Assembly: GCA_965116525.1 (NCBI GenBank)
Contig: OZ220694.1
Coordinates: forward strand, 407,490 to 471,489
Source: an uncultured candidatus Porisulfidus sp.
Lineage (GTDB): Bacteria > Pseudomonadota > Gammaproteobacteria > Poriferisulfidales > Poriferisulfidaceae
Direction of reading: 5' to 3'
DNA: 64,000 nucleotides
Shown here in pieces: positions 1-9,654 of the stretch. The position numbers were made by a program, and so were the translations under genes. The notes below the pieces were generated by a model. It made no database searches and was not told where the DNA came from. It worked only from the letters and a program-made list of their open reading frames with translations. Position 1 is the stretch's first letter; each line of letters begins with the position of its first letter.

Positions 1-1025
1 TGTTTGCAGGAGCAGGCGGGCTTGCCTTGGGTATAGAGCGATCTGGACTCAAAACTGTAGGGCTGGTAGAAATTGATGCGGATTGCGTAGAAACTCTTCG
101 CATTAACCGACCTAAGTGGAACGTAATCCACTCTGGCGTAGAAGATATGGATTACTCGCAGTTCAAGGGAATCGATATCATTTCGGGAGGCTTCCCCTGC
201 CAAGCATTCTCGTATTCAGGCAAAGGGCTTGGTTTTTCAGATGAGCGCGGGAACTTGTTCTTTGAAATGATGCGCCCAATACGTGAGCTTAAGCCGAAGA
301 TTATATTAGCTGAAAATGTCCAGGGTTTGCTGAGCCACAATCGAGGAAAAACTATTGCAAGAATCTTGGATGCTATACGTAAAGAAGGCTATAGCGTTCA
401 TCATCAATTAGTAAATGCTGTGAATTTCGGAGTTCCTCAAAAACGTAAACGGTTGATCATCATCGCAGTATCAGGAGAGGCGCTCATCCCGCCGATACCT
501 ATTCCCGATAAGCCAGAAAAAACTATAGGCGAAGCGTTGCGGGGGTGCCCAAAATCGCCGGGAGCAAGTTATTCCGAAGCAAAACGGAGAGTAATGGAAA
601 TGGTGCCGCCTGGTGGGTGCTGGACTGCGCTGCCAGATGAAGTGCAGAAGGAATACATGGGTGCTTCTTATGGGCGAGCCTCAAACCAAGGCGGGCGGCG
701 CGGCATGGCGAGGCGCATGTCATGGGACGAGCCATCGCTTACCATACTATGTTCGCCATCCCAAAAACAAACTGATCGGTGCCACCCAAGTGAAACTCGG
801 CCATTTACAATCCGGGAATCTGCCCGCTTGCAGTCTTTCCCAGATTCATGGAAATTTGCCGGCAGCATAGGCTCTCAGTACAAGCAAATAGGCAATGCTG
901 TCCCTGCGAAATTAGCGGAAGCGATAGCCAATCACGTGCTAAAGCTCTATCAGGAGAATTTTTATGCCTCTGCCCACGCAGCAGAATATAGCGAGCGCAC
1001 TGAAACCGCTTGCTGCGTTGTTTGA
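1..1025 (+). CDS. C5-cytosine DNA methyltransferase, M.Eco47II/M.Sau96I-like; 5' end truncated by the window edge
   Basis: The frame is open from base 3 with motif I FAGAGG, followed by GGFPCQAFS (IV), ENV (VI), QKRKR (VIII), RESARLQSFPD (IX) and QIGNAVP (X). The TRD segment GMARRMSWDEPSLTILCSPSQKQTDRCHP resembles the Eco47II/Sau96I family. Confidence 0.92.
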   Translation, partial: FAGAGGLALGIERSGLKTVGLVEIDADCVETLRINRPKWNVIHSGVEDMDYSQFKGIDIISGGFPCQAFSYSGKGLGFSDERGNLFFEMMRPIRELKPKIILAENVQGLLSHNRGKTIARILDAIRKEGYSVHHQLVNAVNFGVPQKRKRLIIIAVSGEALIPPIPIPDKPEKTIGEALRGCPKSPGASYSEAKRRVMEMVPPGGCWTALPDEVQKEYMGASYGRASNQGGRRGMARRMSWDEPSLTILCSPSQKQTDRCHPSETRPFTIRESARLQSFPDSWKFAGSIGSQYKQIGNAVPAKLAEAIANHVLKLYQENFYASAHAAEYSERTETACCVV

Positions 1026-1632
1026 AAAAACGGACAGAAGATTTCAGACAGTAGATGATCTAGCTGACACGGTCATTGACCCTATGACCGTGTTTATTCA
1101 CCTTGCCTTTACTGGGATAGAATCCCAAGAAGAGTGGTTTGCTTTTGAAAAAGCCAAACGTGTGGATAAAGCTTTCACAAATGCAATAGGAGCACTCCAT
1201 GAGAATGTCCTATCTTGTGTTCCTGGTTGGCACAAACCTGAAGGTGGATTCGATTTGCGTTCAGATGAGCAGAAAATTGTGATGGAAATCAAAAATAAAC
1301 ATAACACTATCAACTCCACTACTGCTGAAAGGATATACACAAGATGTGAAGAGTTTTTCAAGGCAAATCGAGATTGGACTATATATTTAGCTCTAATAGT
1401 GCCCAAAGGTGGAAAGAAAAACAAACCCTGGACAATTCCGGGTAGAACTGAAAATGAGCAGATACGAATCATAGATGGCTCAACACTTTATGAGATTGTC
1501 ACAGGAGAAGAAGATGCTCTGAGCAAAGTGTATGGAATGCTTTTTCGTGAACTACAAACAATGGGTAAAGAGCTATCGCGATCAAATCGGGAATGGATCA
1601 GAAAGCTATGTGAAGATTGCTATCCCATTTGA
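964..1632 (+). CDS. Type II restriction endonuclease, Eco47II family
   Basis: Motifs DKAFTNAIGALHE, GGFD and EIKNKHNTINS match the Eco47II-type PD-(D/E)XK pattern (D...EMKNKHNT.NS). Overlaps the MTase 3' end. Confidence 0.8.
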   Translation: MPLPTQQNIASALKPLAALFEKTDRRFQTVDDLADTVIDPMTVFIHLAFTGIESQEEWFAFEKAKRVDKAFTNAIGALHENVLSCVPGWHKPEGGFDLRSDEQKIVMEIKNKHNTINSTTAERIYTRCEEFFKANRDWTIYLALIVPKGGKKNKPWTIPGRTENEQIRIIDGSTLYEIVTGEEDALSKVYGMLFRELQTMGKELSRSNREWIRKLCEDCYPI

Positions 1633-1782
1633 AATACATAGACTTTCTGCTCCCAAGAATTTCGCTTACCCTAAAATTGTCCCCTCAATACCGCTATGAG
1701 GGTGAGCCACTCAATGCCACATCTACACATTATGCTTTCAAGCGAGGTGATTGCAGGAGAGCATGCAAGCTTTTAAAGTCTG

Positions 1783-2205
1783 ATGGCCGATATTATGACA
1801 CCTGCACAACGCTCCTATTGCATGGCGCAAGTGCGATCTAAAGGGATGCGTCCCGAAATGACAATTAGGTCTCTGGTACATAGTATGGGTTACCGGTTTC
1901 GGCTTCATCGTCGTGATTTGCCAGGCACACCTGACTTAGTTTTGCCGAAGTATCGAGCAGCAATTTTTGTCAACGGATGTTTTTGGCACTGGCACCCGGA
2001 TCCTAAATGCCCGATTGCAAAACTGCCAAAATCAAATCTTTCTTATTGGGAGCCCAAACTTACGCGAACCCGGGAACGTGACAATATGCAAACTGAAGCT
2101 CTAGAAAAATTGGGTTGGCGCGTACTCACGGTTTGGGAATGCGGCCTGCACGACCTCGAAGCCACTGCAAAAACCATACACAAATTTCTTTCTGATAAAG
2201 CTTAG
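1783..2205 (+). CDS. vsr: Very short patch repair endonuclease
   Basis: DIMTPAQRS..M..VRSK..PE, YRFRLH..DLPGTPDLV, IFVNGCFWH.H and LGWRVLTVWEC; located next to a C5-MTase. Confidence 0.93.
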   Translation: MADIMTPAQRSYCMAQVRSKGMRPEMTIRSLVHSMGYRFRLHRRDLPGTPDLVLPKYRAAIFVNGCFWHWHPDPKCPIAKLPKSNLSYWEPKLTRTRERDNMQTEALEKLGWRVLTVWECGLHDLEATAKTIHKFLSDKA

Positions 2206-2450
2206 GACGCTGGAAAGACTTCAAGTACAACATCCCCGAAAAAATCTAAAGGGTCATGTACAATAGCGCCAAAAGAAGCGTACATTTCTACATGGGTCAT
2301 TTTGTAACTATTTTGTTCCACTTTTGGCCGATCAAATGGCAGTACATCCGTCTGAAAACTAGTGTGACTGCTTGCACAACTGCGCCAGTCTCTATTCGTA
2401 CAGCATGGCCGGATGTGTCAACCGCAAGCAATCCACTGAGGTAGCATTTA

Positions 2451-3617
2451 ATGCCTTCTGTTCCCACCTATGAGGAATTGCAATGGCCAACTTTAAAGGC
2501 TTTAAAGGCTAAAGACGGTTCGGTATCGATCCGAGAACTTTCTCAACAGATTGTATCTGATATGAAACTGTCCAATGCAGTCTTAGATATTCCGCGCAAG
2601 GGTCGATCTGAATCTGAATTTGAGTATAACTTGGCGTGGGCGCGCACCTACCTTAGATTATATGCTGGGGCAGTAGACAGGGTATCAAGAGGAGTCTGGG
2701 CGATCACCAAGGAAGGGCGCGAAATCCGTTCTGAAAACGAGTTGCACAAACTTGTGCGCCAAAAAAAATCCGAGGCGTCTAGAGTACGCCGTATATCCGA
2801 TAAACCTACGGATGCCCCATGGTCTTCCCAAGAAATTAGTTTAACTGTTGCTGCATATTTCGATATGCTCCAGATGGAGCAACGGGACGAAATTTATGTG
2901 AAACTTTACAAGAACAGGGAGCTCCAAGGAAATATAGGCCGAACGCGCCAGGCTATTGAATATAAGCATCGAAATATTAGTGCCATTCTCCAAAACCTTG
3001 CACTGCCCTGGATCCAAGGCTACAAGCCAGGCACCAACTACCAAAAAGCCTTGATTGCAGGCGTTGAGCATTATCTCGACGAGCACCCTGGTCTAATTGA
3101 AGAACTTTGCATCCCTCGATCCGGTCTATCCGAACAAGAATATTTAATTCCGGAGCCAGCGCCGAGCAGAAGACCGCATGAACCGAAAGCATTGACGCGA
3201 CTTGTTCGGAAATTTGATCCGGCAACGCGGGAGGCAGAAAACCGAAAGCTTGGAGAACTTGGGGAAAAACGAATACTAGATTCTGAAAAAGCGCGTCTAA
3301 TCAATGCTGGACGAAAAGATCTCGCCGGCAAAGTAAAGTGGGTCTCGGATGTAGAAGGCGATGGTGCCGGATATGATATTTTGTCGTTCGACAACTCGGG
3401 CAGTAAGCGACTACTTGAAGTTAAAACCACTTCTGGACATCAATATACGCCTTTCTATCTAACCGAAAATGAACTACAGCTCTCAATCAAGCGGCCAAAC
3501 GAGTTTCTGCTCGTGCGCCTGTACAACTTCATGTCATCACCAAAGGTATTTGAGCTGAAGCCTCCATTGGAAGACGCAGTGACACTACAACCCACTAATT
3601 ACCGAGCCTTTTTGTAA
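2451..3617 (+). CDS. Mrr N-terminal winged-helix domain fused to a helical domain and a DUF3883 (PD-(D/E)XK) nuclease domain
   Basis: N-terminal PTYEEL..PTLKAL...NLAWARTYL...VSRGVWAIT..G (Mrr_N-like); C-terminal GDGAGYDILSFD...LEVKTT..FYLT.NE (DUF3883-like). Confidence 0.75.
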   Translation: MPSVPTYEELQWPTLKALKAKDGSVSIRELSQQIVSDMKLSNAVLDIPRKGRSESEFEYNLAWARTYLRLYAGAVDRVSRGVWAITKEGREIRSENELHKLVRQKKSEASRVRRISDKPTDAPWSSQEISLTVAAYFDMLQMEQRDEIYVKLYKNRELQGNIGRTRQAIEYKHRNISAILQNLALPWIQGYKPGTNYQKALIAGVEHYLDEHPGLIEELCIPRSGLSEQEYLIPEPAPSRRPHEPKALTRLVRKFDPATREAENRKLGELGEKRILDSEKARLINAGRKDLAGKVKWVSDVEGDGAGYDILSFDNSGSKRLLEVKTTSGHQYTPFYLTENELQLSIKRPNEFLLVRLYNFMSSPKVFELKPPLEDAVTLQPTNYRAFL

Positions 3618-3678
3618 TTTTGAAGCATAACAAAACTATGCTCACGATTGGACGGTGAATAGATCCGATTATTTAAAG

Positions 3679-3705
3679 ATGTCCAATATCACTGGGCATT
3701 TTTTT
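3679..3705 (+). terminator. Probable intrinsic terminator between the converging Mrr_N-DUF3883 and UDG-like genes
   Basis: ATGTCCA-ATATCAC-TGGGCAT stem (one G.U pair) followed by a T run. Confidence 0.5.
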
Positions 3706-4366
3706 ATGCATGCAATGTGTTGAATTCCTGACGAATATTAAGTATTGAATCCTGGTATTCCATTATTCTGTCGGGGTGCATTGGCTCAAGACTCCTTGCC
3801 GGCCGATAGGCGATATATGAATAATGGTGGATTTTCCGGACTGCAGGAAGAGCAATCATACCTTTGCATTGGAGATGCTTTACCAATTTTTCAACTGTCC
3901 CCCCCATTAACACAATCAGTTTGGGAGAAGATTGCTTCAGTTGCCAGCGTAACACAGGCGCCCAAGTCTCCGCAGCTTCTATTTTTTTCTCTTTTGTCCA
4001 TTTTTTGACGTAGACAGCTTCTTTAATTACATTCGTAACATAGCAGTGCCACCCATCGGGCGAATTCCATTCGGGATCTTTGAATCCCGCCTCCACCAAG
4101 GCTTTTCTAAAAACCTGTGACCCCTTAGTCGTGCCCCACTGCGAATTCGGTGTTAACACACGACCTGAATTTTGCCCTCTTTTTGTAGTCGCCTCAATTT
4201 TACTCAAACTAGGGCTTTCAGCGACAAACCAAATGCCTGAACAGGGATTACCGAGCGACCCCGTCAACCATGGATGCTCCCTCCGATGATCCCGGATTTC
4301 GGGATGGCCTGCAAATACATGATCTATACGTTTAGCGAGTTCTTGTTCAAAATTCTTTTTCTTCAT
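3704..4366 (-). CDS. Uracil-DNA glycosylase-superfamily protein (divergent)
   Basis: IWFVAESPS (motif A-like), YVTNVIK, PKLIVLMG and HHYSY (motif B-like). The Fe-S cysteines of family 4 are absent. Confidence 0.6.
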   Translation of the reverse strand: MKKKNFEQELAKRIDHVFAGHPEIRDHRREHPWLTGSLGNPCSGIWFVAESPSLSKIEATTKRGQNSGRVLTPNSQWGTTKGSQVFRKALVEAGFKDPEWNSPDGWHCYVTNVIKEAVYVKKWTKEKKIEAAETWAPVLRWQLKQSSPKLIVLMGGTVEKLVKHLQCKGMIALPAVRKIHHYSYIAYRPARSLEPMHPDRIMEYQDSILNIRQEFNTLHA

Positions 4367-4435
4367 TTAGTGTTGGATGTCTACGGTAGGAACAGGGACG
4401 ATTGCCTAGTGCAAGGATTTTTTAGGCAACATGGT

Positions 4436-5302
4436 TCAAATACGATTTGTCTGCTGACTTCGAACCTCTACAGGCATCCGGAGACCTTTTGATGCTATAA
4501 GCAACTCCGTCGCCCGCCGTTTTGTTTCAAGAGAATAGTTGACTCCAAACTGATACTGACGCCGTTTTTTGTAGAGTTCAGAAATCGATGCAACATTATC
4601 GTATGTAACAATCCAGGGATTCTCTAAAGTCAAGATAGACTTGGCAAGAAAATTGTGATCTTCTGGCTTATAGAAACTAGTATAGAGTCCCCGTCCCTTA
4701 TTGAAATATGGTGGGTCCATGTAAAAAAAGGTGGATTTAGGAAGATCTCGGTTAGTTTTTTCAATAAACACCAGCGCATCTTTTCGATCTAAGTGAATAC
4801 GATTTCGATATCTGGCCACACGTCGAATACGTCGCTCTAAGTCTTTTTTATTAAACCTGCAATCCAGTTTGTACGAACCACTTTGATCAAGCCCGCCGAT
4901 CACACCTGCGGCCTTGATGATCCCGGAGCGATTGGTCCTGTTGAGAAAGAAAGTTGCAAACCCTAGAGATACTGGATCATCTATTTCCTTTTTTGCATGA
5001 ATTTCTTTTTGAGCCCACCATTCGTCAATCGTGACCGGCGTGTTTCGGATACGGTGGATAATCTCTTCAGTTTGCTCTAGCACGCTGTACCAAAATGCCC
5101 AAATGGAAGTATCAATATCGTTGATGTGAATGTCGCTGACATGCCCCTCATACAGTAGTGTCAATGCCAGTCCACAACCCCCTGCAAAAGGTTCCGCATA
5201 GTGCCGGCGTTCGATTCGGTTATCTTTCAGAATCCTAGAAATTAGCGAATAAAGGCATGCCTTGCCACCAGGATACCGGAGGGGAGAGGTTGCGCGAGGC
5301 AT
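4436..5302 (-). CDS. N6-adenine DNA methyltransferase, Dam/D12 class
   Basis: SPLRYPGGK, YAEPFAGG, NDID, LNRTNRSG and catalytic DPPY. Confidence 0.92.
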   Translation of the reverse strand: MPRATSPLRYPGGKACLYSLISRILKDNRIERRHYAEPFAGGCGLALTLLYEGHVSDIHINDIDTSIWAFWYSVLEQTEEIIHRIRNTPVTIDEWWAQKEIHAKKEIDDPVSLGFATFFLNRTNRSGIIKAAGVIGGLDQSGSYKLDCRFNKKDLERRIRRVARYRNRIHLDRKDALVFIEKTNRDLPKSTFFYMDPPYFNKGRGLYTSFYKPEDHNFLAKSILTLENPWIVTYDNVASISELYKKRRQYQFGVNYSLETKRRATELLIASKGLRMPVEVRSQQTNRI

Positions 5303-5368
5303 ATCAAATCAATCTCTTCCTTTCAAAGTGAACCATTTAATTCCGGAGCCAGATTCACCCGCAAAAGC

Positions 5369-6673
5369 CTATTTCTTTTTTTGAGAGATTGCATCCTCAA
5401 TTATTTTGAGGATCAATTCTTCTAAGGAATCTAAGTCATTCGCTAACTGATCTCCATTGAACGCCGCAGCAGTACTGTGATGTTTTGTCACATTGCCATA
5501 ATCGAGAATTCTCTGTACAGCCTGCCGCAGCGGTTTAATCTGCTGCCCCGTCCCCAATTTATAGTCTGAAATCTTTTGCTGACTGAGGAAACTATGGAAA
5601 TTTATCTCAGGCTTGCGGCCGGCTAATGCCGTTAGAGTCTCGAAAAACGACCATGTTCCCACCGCCAATAGTGGCGTATTTTCTTGAAGAAGGACATCGC
5701 AAATTGAATGGTAGAGACTATGCAGCTTCCAATTGCCCAGAGTCTTCAAGGCATCTGCGATTTCGGACTGGTATGGCAAGTGTTTCCGTCGTTTTGCTTT
5801 ACCAGGTCGTTTTCTACGCTTTGGCTTCGGTTTTTGAGGATCGGGTGTCAGTGGTTCTGACTCGACGCGTTTATGGCTTTGGCCCCCTAGGGATCCGAGT
5901 TCCCGGGCATATGATTCTATATTCGTTTTGTTCTGGCGCGAATGAATCTGTGGATTTTCATCCAACATATCCGAGATAAACTGCTGAGAGAGAAGTTTGA
6001 AATCTTCTTCTGTGCGATTTCGAGCAATATTGTCAGGATCGGACATGTCGAGACCCAAAGTTTCTCGCATCACTGGATTGCTCAAAAAACGCTGTACCGT
6101 CGTGAGCCTTCGCTTTCTGCCTTCTGCCGAAATTAATTCTTCTTGTTCAGCGTAATCTAAGAATGCCAAGGCAACCCGGTTGCGCGAAGTAGCACCACTG
6201 TGACGTGCTTTTTGATCCGCGTTCCATGATTTTTGCCCGATTCCGCCCGCTTGTCCATGATGACGCCTTTTTAACCAAATATCGAGATCCTCTTGATCCT
6301 CAAAAATAACACATGGCAGTTCAGTTATTGGCGTCCACTCCTCCGCCAGCCTCTCGAAGTGAGCTCTCCGCTGTGGGGGCGCCAGGTCAGGATCGGTCAG
6401 AAGCTTCAGTGCGCATAGACGTCGGTTACCTTCCCCAGCGATAAATGTTTCATCTGTACCGCCGGTATCAAGATCCTTGTAAACACCAAACCTGTCTAGT
6501 GGACTGATCCCATGTCCAGTAATGTCACGTGCGAGCTGCAATACTTCTTCATTAGCACATAACCAATCAATGGTCTGCGATTGAGTGTCATATGGCTCAT
6601 GTCTGGGGTTCTCATGATTAAGGAAAATCCGGTCAAGTGAGATTACACGCTCAATTCGCTTAGGCTTGGACAT
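5369..6673 (-). CDS. ParB/Srx-like N-terminal domain protein with a basic linker and a putative HEPN-like C-terminal domain
   Basis: LDRIFLNHENPRH...EGNRRLCALKLL (ParB/DndB-like); helical C-terminus containing GNVTKHH (HEPN-like, inferred). Confidence 0.6.
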   Translation of the reverse strand: MSKPKRIERVISLDRIFLNHENPRHEPYDTQSQTIDWLCANEEVLQLARDITGHGISPLDRFGVYKDLDTGGTDETFIAGEGNRRLCALKLLTDPDLAPPQRRAHFERLAEEWTPITELPCVIFEDQEDLDIWLKRRHHGQAGGIGQKSWNADQKARHSGATSRNRVALAFLDYAEQEELISAEGRKRRLTTVQRFLSNPVMRETLGLDMSDPDNIARNRTEEDFKLLSQQFISDMLDENPQIHSRQNKTNIESYARELGSLGGQSHKRVESEPLTPDPQKPKPKRRKRPGKAKRRKHLPYQSEIADALKTLGNWKLHSLYHSICDVLLQENTPLLAVGTWSFFETLTALAGRKPEINFHSFLSQQKISDYKLGTGQQIKPLRQAVQRILDYGNVTKHHSTAAAFNGDQLANDLDSLEELILKIIEDAISQKKK

Positions 6674-6697
6674 TTCTGATTTACCCTATTAAGTTGT

Positions 6698-6726
6698 CGT
6701 ATAGCAGCACAACCAATAGGCTGCAA
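6698..6726 (-). promoter_or_regulatory. Candidate sigma70 promoter for the ParB-Dam-UDG genes
   Basis: Minus strand TTGCAG-N17-TATACG, with TG at the extended -10 position, 24 nt upstream of the ATG at 6673. Confidence 0.4.
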
Positions 6727-6832
6727 ACTAAATTTGAAAAATTGGGCTCGGCTAGTCTAGCATGCATCCCATGCGAACAGTGGGGTATCTCAACGCACAC
6801 ATACATCCACTGGTTACATCTGCAAATTTACT

Positions 6833-7738
6833 TCAGCGCCGTTGATATACGTATACCGAATCCCCAATGTCCATTGCCATTAAATCCTCCCCTACCCTCA
6901 CATCCCCCTTGTAGTGCTCGTCCAGCGCCTCCAATACCTGCGCCTCGCTCACCCCGAACTTGAGCATGTGCACCAAGATGCCCAGCTTCGGCCGGATCTG
7001 CGCCAGAATCTGCCCCACCTGCTTCGGGCTTGAGTGATATTTCTGCACCTTCTGCAAGCGAGGATTTCTCTCCAGAAGACCCTCGCTCGCCATCATCACT
7101 TCGTGAATCACCACGTCGGCACCCTTTCCCCATGTGACCATGTTCGACTCGTACGTCGTATCCCCGGAAATCACCACGCTGCGCTTGCCGTAATCCACCC
7201 GGTACCCGAACGCCGGCTTGACCTCTCCGTGATCCACCGTGAATGCGGTCACCTTCAGGTCTCCGTCCAAGTACACCACACCCGGCTCTATCTCCACCGC
7301 CCAGAGATCCCCTAGGTCCATCGCCAACCCACTCTGTCGGCGCCGCACGTGATGATCCGCCTCATACGCCTGGCGTATGTGGTCCACAAAATCCTTAGTT
7401 CCTGTCGGCCCGCGCACCTCCAGCGGCTCCGCACGCTGCCACAGACGAGCCGTCAACCAGACATCGTCGAGCCCCACGATATGGTCGTAATGCAGGTGCG
7501 TCAGGAATATCCGGTCCAGCTGGTCACTTGAAACCCCGATCTGGTGCAGCCGCATCGCGGCCCCACGCCCGGCATCGAACAGCAGCTTGGTGTCGCCCGC
7601 CTCGACCAGGATCGCCTGACTGAAATGTTCGATGTCCGGCCTCGGCGTGCCGGTGCCCAACAATGTAACGGTAAGAACCTGGGCCGCGGCCGGCGAGGCC
7701 AGCAGCATCAGGATAAGAATGACCCAGACCCGTCTCAC
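6833..7738 (-). CDS. Exported MBL-fold metallo-hydrolase (RNase Z/AtsA-like)
   Basis: Signal peptide [20 protein letters not shown]; [23 protein letters not shown] and HE motifs; GTGA overlap with the lepA stop. Confidence 0.8.
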   Translation of the reverse strand: MRRVWVILILMLLASPAAAQVLTVTLLGTGTPRPDIEHFSQAILVEAGDTKLLFDAGRGAAMRLHQIGVSSDQLDRIFLTHLHYDHIVGLDDVWLTARLWQRAEPLEVRGPTGTKDFVDHIRQAYEADHHVRRRQSGLAMDLGDLWAVEIEPGVVYLDGDLKVTAFTVDHGEVKPAFGYRVDYGKRSVVISGDTTYESNMVTWGKGADVVIHEVMMASEGLLERNPRLQKVQKYHSSPKQVGQILAQIRPKLGILVHMLKFGVSEAQVLEALDEHYKGDVRVGEDLMAMDIGDSVYVYQRR

Positions 7739-9525
7739 GGCTCCAGTTTCAGGATCGCCATGAATGCCTCCTGAGGAATATCCACGTTACCGACCCGTTT
7801 CATGCGCTTCTTTCCGGCCTTCTGCTTCTCCAGCAACTTGCGCTTGCGGGTCACGTCCCCACCATAACATTTTGCCGTCACGTTCTTGCGCAGGGCCTTG
7901 GTGGTGGTGCGCGAAATGATGCGCGAGCCGATCGCCGCCTGGATCGCGACGTCGAACATCTGCCTCGGGATCAAATCCTTCATCCGCACCGTCAGGTCCC
8001 GCCCGAGCGACATCGCCCGGCTCTGATGCACTATGACCGACAGCGCGTCCACGCGTTCCCCGTTGATCAGCAGGTCTAGTTTCACCAGCGGCGCCGCCTC
8101 GAAGTGCGACAGCTGGTAGTCGAACGACGCATAGCCACGGCTGACCGACTTCAGCTTGTCGTAGAAGTCCGTCACCGTCTCGGACAACGGCAGCATGTAT
8201 TCCAGGTTGACCTGGTTGCGCGAGTACTGCAGGCGTTTCTGCCGCCCACGCCGCTCCTCACACAGTGTAATCACCGCACCGACATGCTCCTGCGGCACCA
8301 GGATGTGCGCCTCGATGTAGGGTTCGCGGATCTCCTCGATCTCGTGCGGCTCCGGCAACATACTGGGATTGCCGGTCTCCAGCGTCTCCCCCGAATTCAG
8401 CCCCACTTGGCAGGCCACCGTCGGCGCCGTGGAAATCAGATTCAACCGATATTCCCGCTCCAACCGCTCCTGCACGATCTCCATGTGCAACAACCCCAAA
8501 AACCCGCACCGGAACCCGAATCCCAGCGCCTTGGAGGTCTCCGGATCATGGCTGAACGAGGCATCGTTCAGCCTGAGTTTCGCCAGCGCATCCCTTAATT
8601 GTTCGTAATCGTCAGCGTCCACCGGAAACAGCCCGGCGAACACCTTCGGCTGCACTTCCCGGAATCCCGGCAGCGCCTCCTCGGCCCCCCTGTTCGCAAG
8701 CGTCAACGTATCCCCCACCGGCGCACCCTCAATGTCGCGGATGCCCGCCATCACGAACCCGACCTGCCCGCAACCCAGCTCTTCGCTGTTCTCGGGGTTC
8801 GGGGCGTACCACCCCACGGAATCCACGCGCCGCGTCTGCCCGGTCGACATCACCCGGATCTTGTCGCCTTTCTTCAGTCTCCCCGAAAACACCCTCACCA
8901 GCGACACCACGCCGACGTGACTGTCGAACCAGGAATCGACGATCAGCGCCTTCAGCGGCCCCTCCGGATCCCCGTCCGGCGGCGGCACGTCGCGCACCAC
9001 GCGCTCCAGCACCTCCGTCACGTTCAGCCCGGTCTTCGCGCTGATCTGCACCGCATCCGTCGCATCCAGCCCGATGATGTCCTCGATTTCCTCGCACGCA
9101 CGCACCGGATCCGCCTGCGGCAAATCCATCTTGTTCAGCACCGGCAAGATCATCAGGTCCTGCTCGATCGCGTTGTAGCAGTTGGCCACGGTCTGCGCCT
9201 CGACCCCCTGCGACGCGTCCACCACCAGCAGCCCGCCCTCGCAGGCTGCAAGCGACCTTGAGACTTCATAAGAGAAATCCACGTGCCCGGGCGTGTCGAT
9301 CAGGTTCAGGCGATAGGTCTCGCCATCCTGCGCCTGGTAGTGCAGGGTCACGCTGCGCGCCTTGATGGTGATGCCGCGCTCCCGTTCCAAGTCCATGTTG
9401 TCCAGGACCTGGTCGCTCATCTCGCGGTCGCTCAGTGCGCCGCACAACTCGATGAAACGATCCGCCAGCGTGGACTTGCCGTGGTCGATATGCGCGATGA
9501 TGGAGAAGTTGCGGATCTTCTCCAT
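7735..9525 (-). CDS. lepA: Translation elongation factor 4
   Basis: [35 protein letters not shown] and [16 protein letters not shown]. Start reassigned to the ATG at 9525. Confidence 0.98.
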   Translation of the reverse strand: MEKIRNFSIIAHIDHGKSTLADRFIELCGALSDREMSDQVLDNMDLERERGITIKARSVTLHYQAQDGETYRLNLIDTPGHVDFSYEVSRSLAACEGGLLVVDASQGVEAQTVANCYNAIEQDLMILPVLNKMDLPQADPVRACEEIEDIIGLDATDAVQISAKTGLNVTEVLERVVRDVPPPDGDPEGPLKALIVDSWFDSHVGVVSLVRVFSGRLKKGDKIRVMSTGQTRRVDSVGWYAPNPENSEELGCGQVGFVMAGIRDIEGAPVGDTLTLANRGAEEALPGFREVQPKVFAGLFPVDADDYEQLRDALAKLRLNDASFSHDPETSKALGFGFRCGFLGLLHMEIVQERLEREYRLNLISTAPTVACQVGLNSGETLETGNPSMLPEPHEIEEIREPYIEAHILVPQEHVGAVITLCEERRGRQKRLQYSRNQVNLEYMLPLSETVTDFYDKLKSVSRGYASFDYQLSHFEAAPLVKLDLLINGERVDALSVIVHQSRAMSLGRDLTVRMKDLIPRQMFDVAIQAAIGSRIISRTTTKALRKNVTAKCYGGDVTRKRKLLEKQKAGKKRMKRVGNVDIPQEAFMAILKLEP

Positions 9526-9654
9526 CGGAAAAGTTCCGGAGTGCAGCGGGGGCATCAGCGAGATGTCGAAACAGGTGTTTGCAGTCTTTTCAAATCCCGG
9601 CCTCGCGCCAGACCCAAAAGCACCCTGACCCGCGACGACCCGCGGACCGTTCTG

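Noticed and set aside
4397-4430. Inverted repeat TTGCCTA...TAGGCAA between the Dam and UDG-like genes
   Set aside because: The arms are only 7 bp with a long loop and no U-tract. It could attenuate UDG expression but is too weak to call; it is noted as a caveat to the three-gene operon idea.
6674-6832. tRNA or att site at the defence island boundary
   Set aside because: No cloverleaf or T-loop (GTTCGA) motif was seen; no tRNA or rRNA was recognised anywhere in the window.
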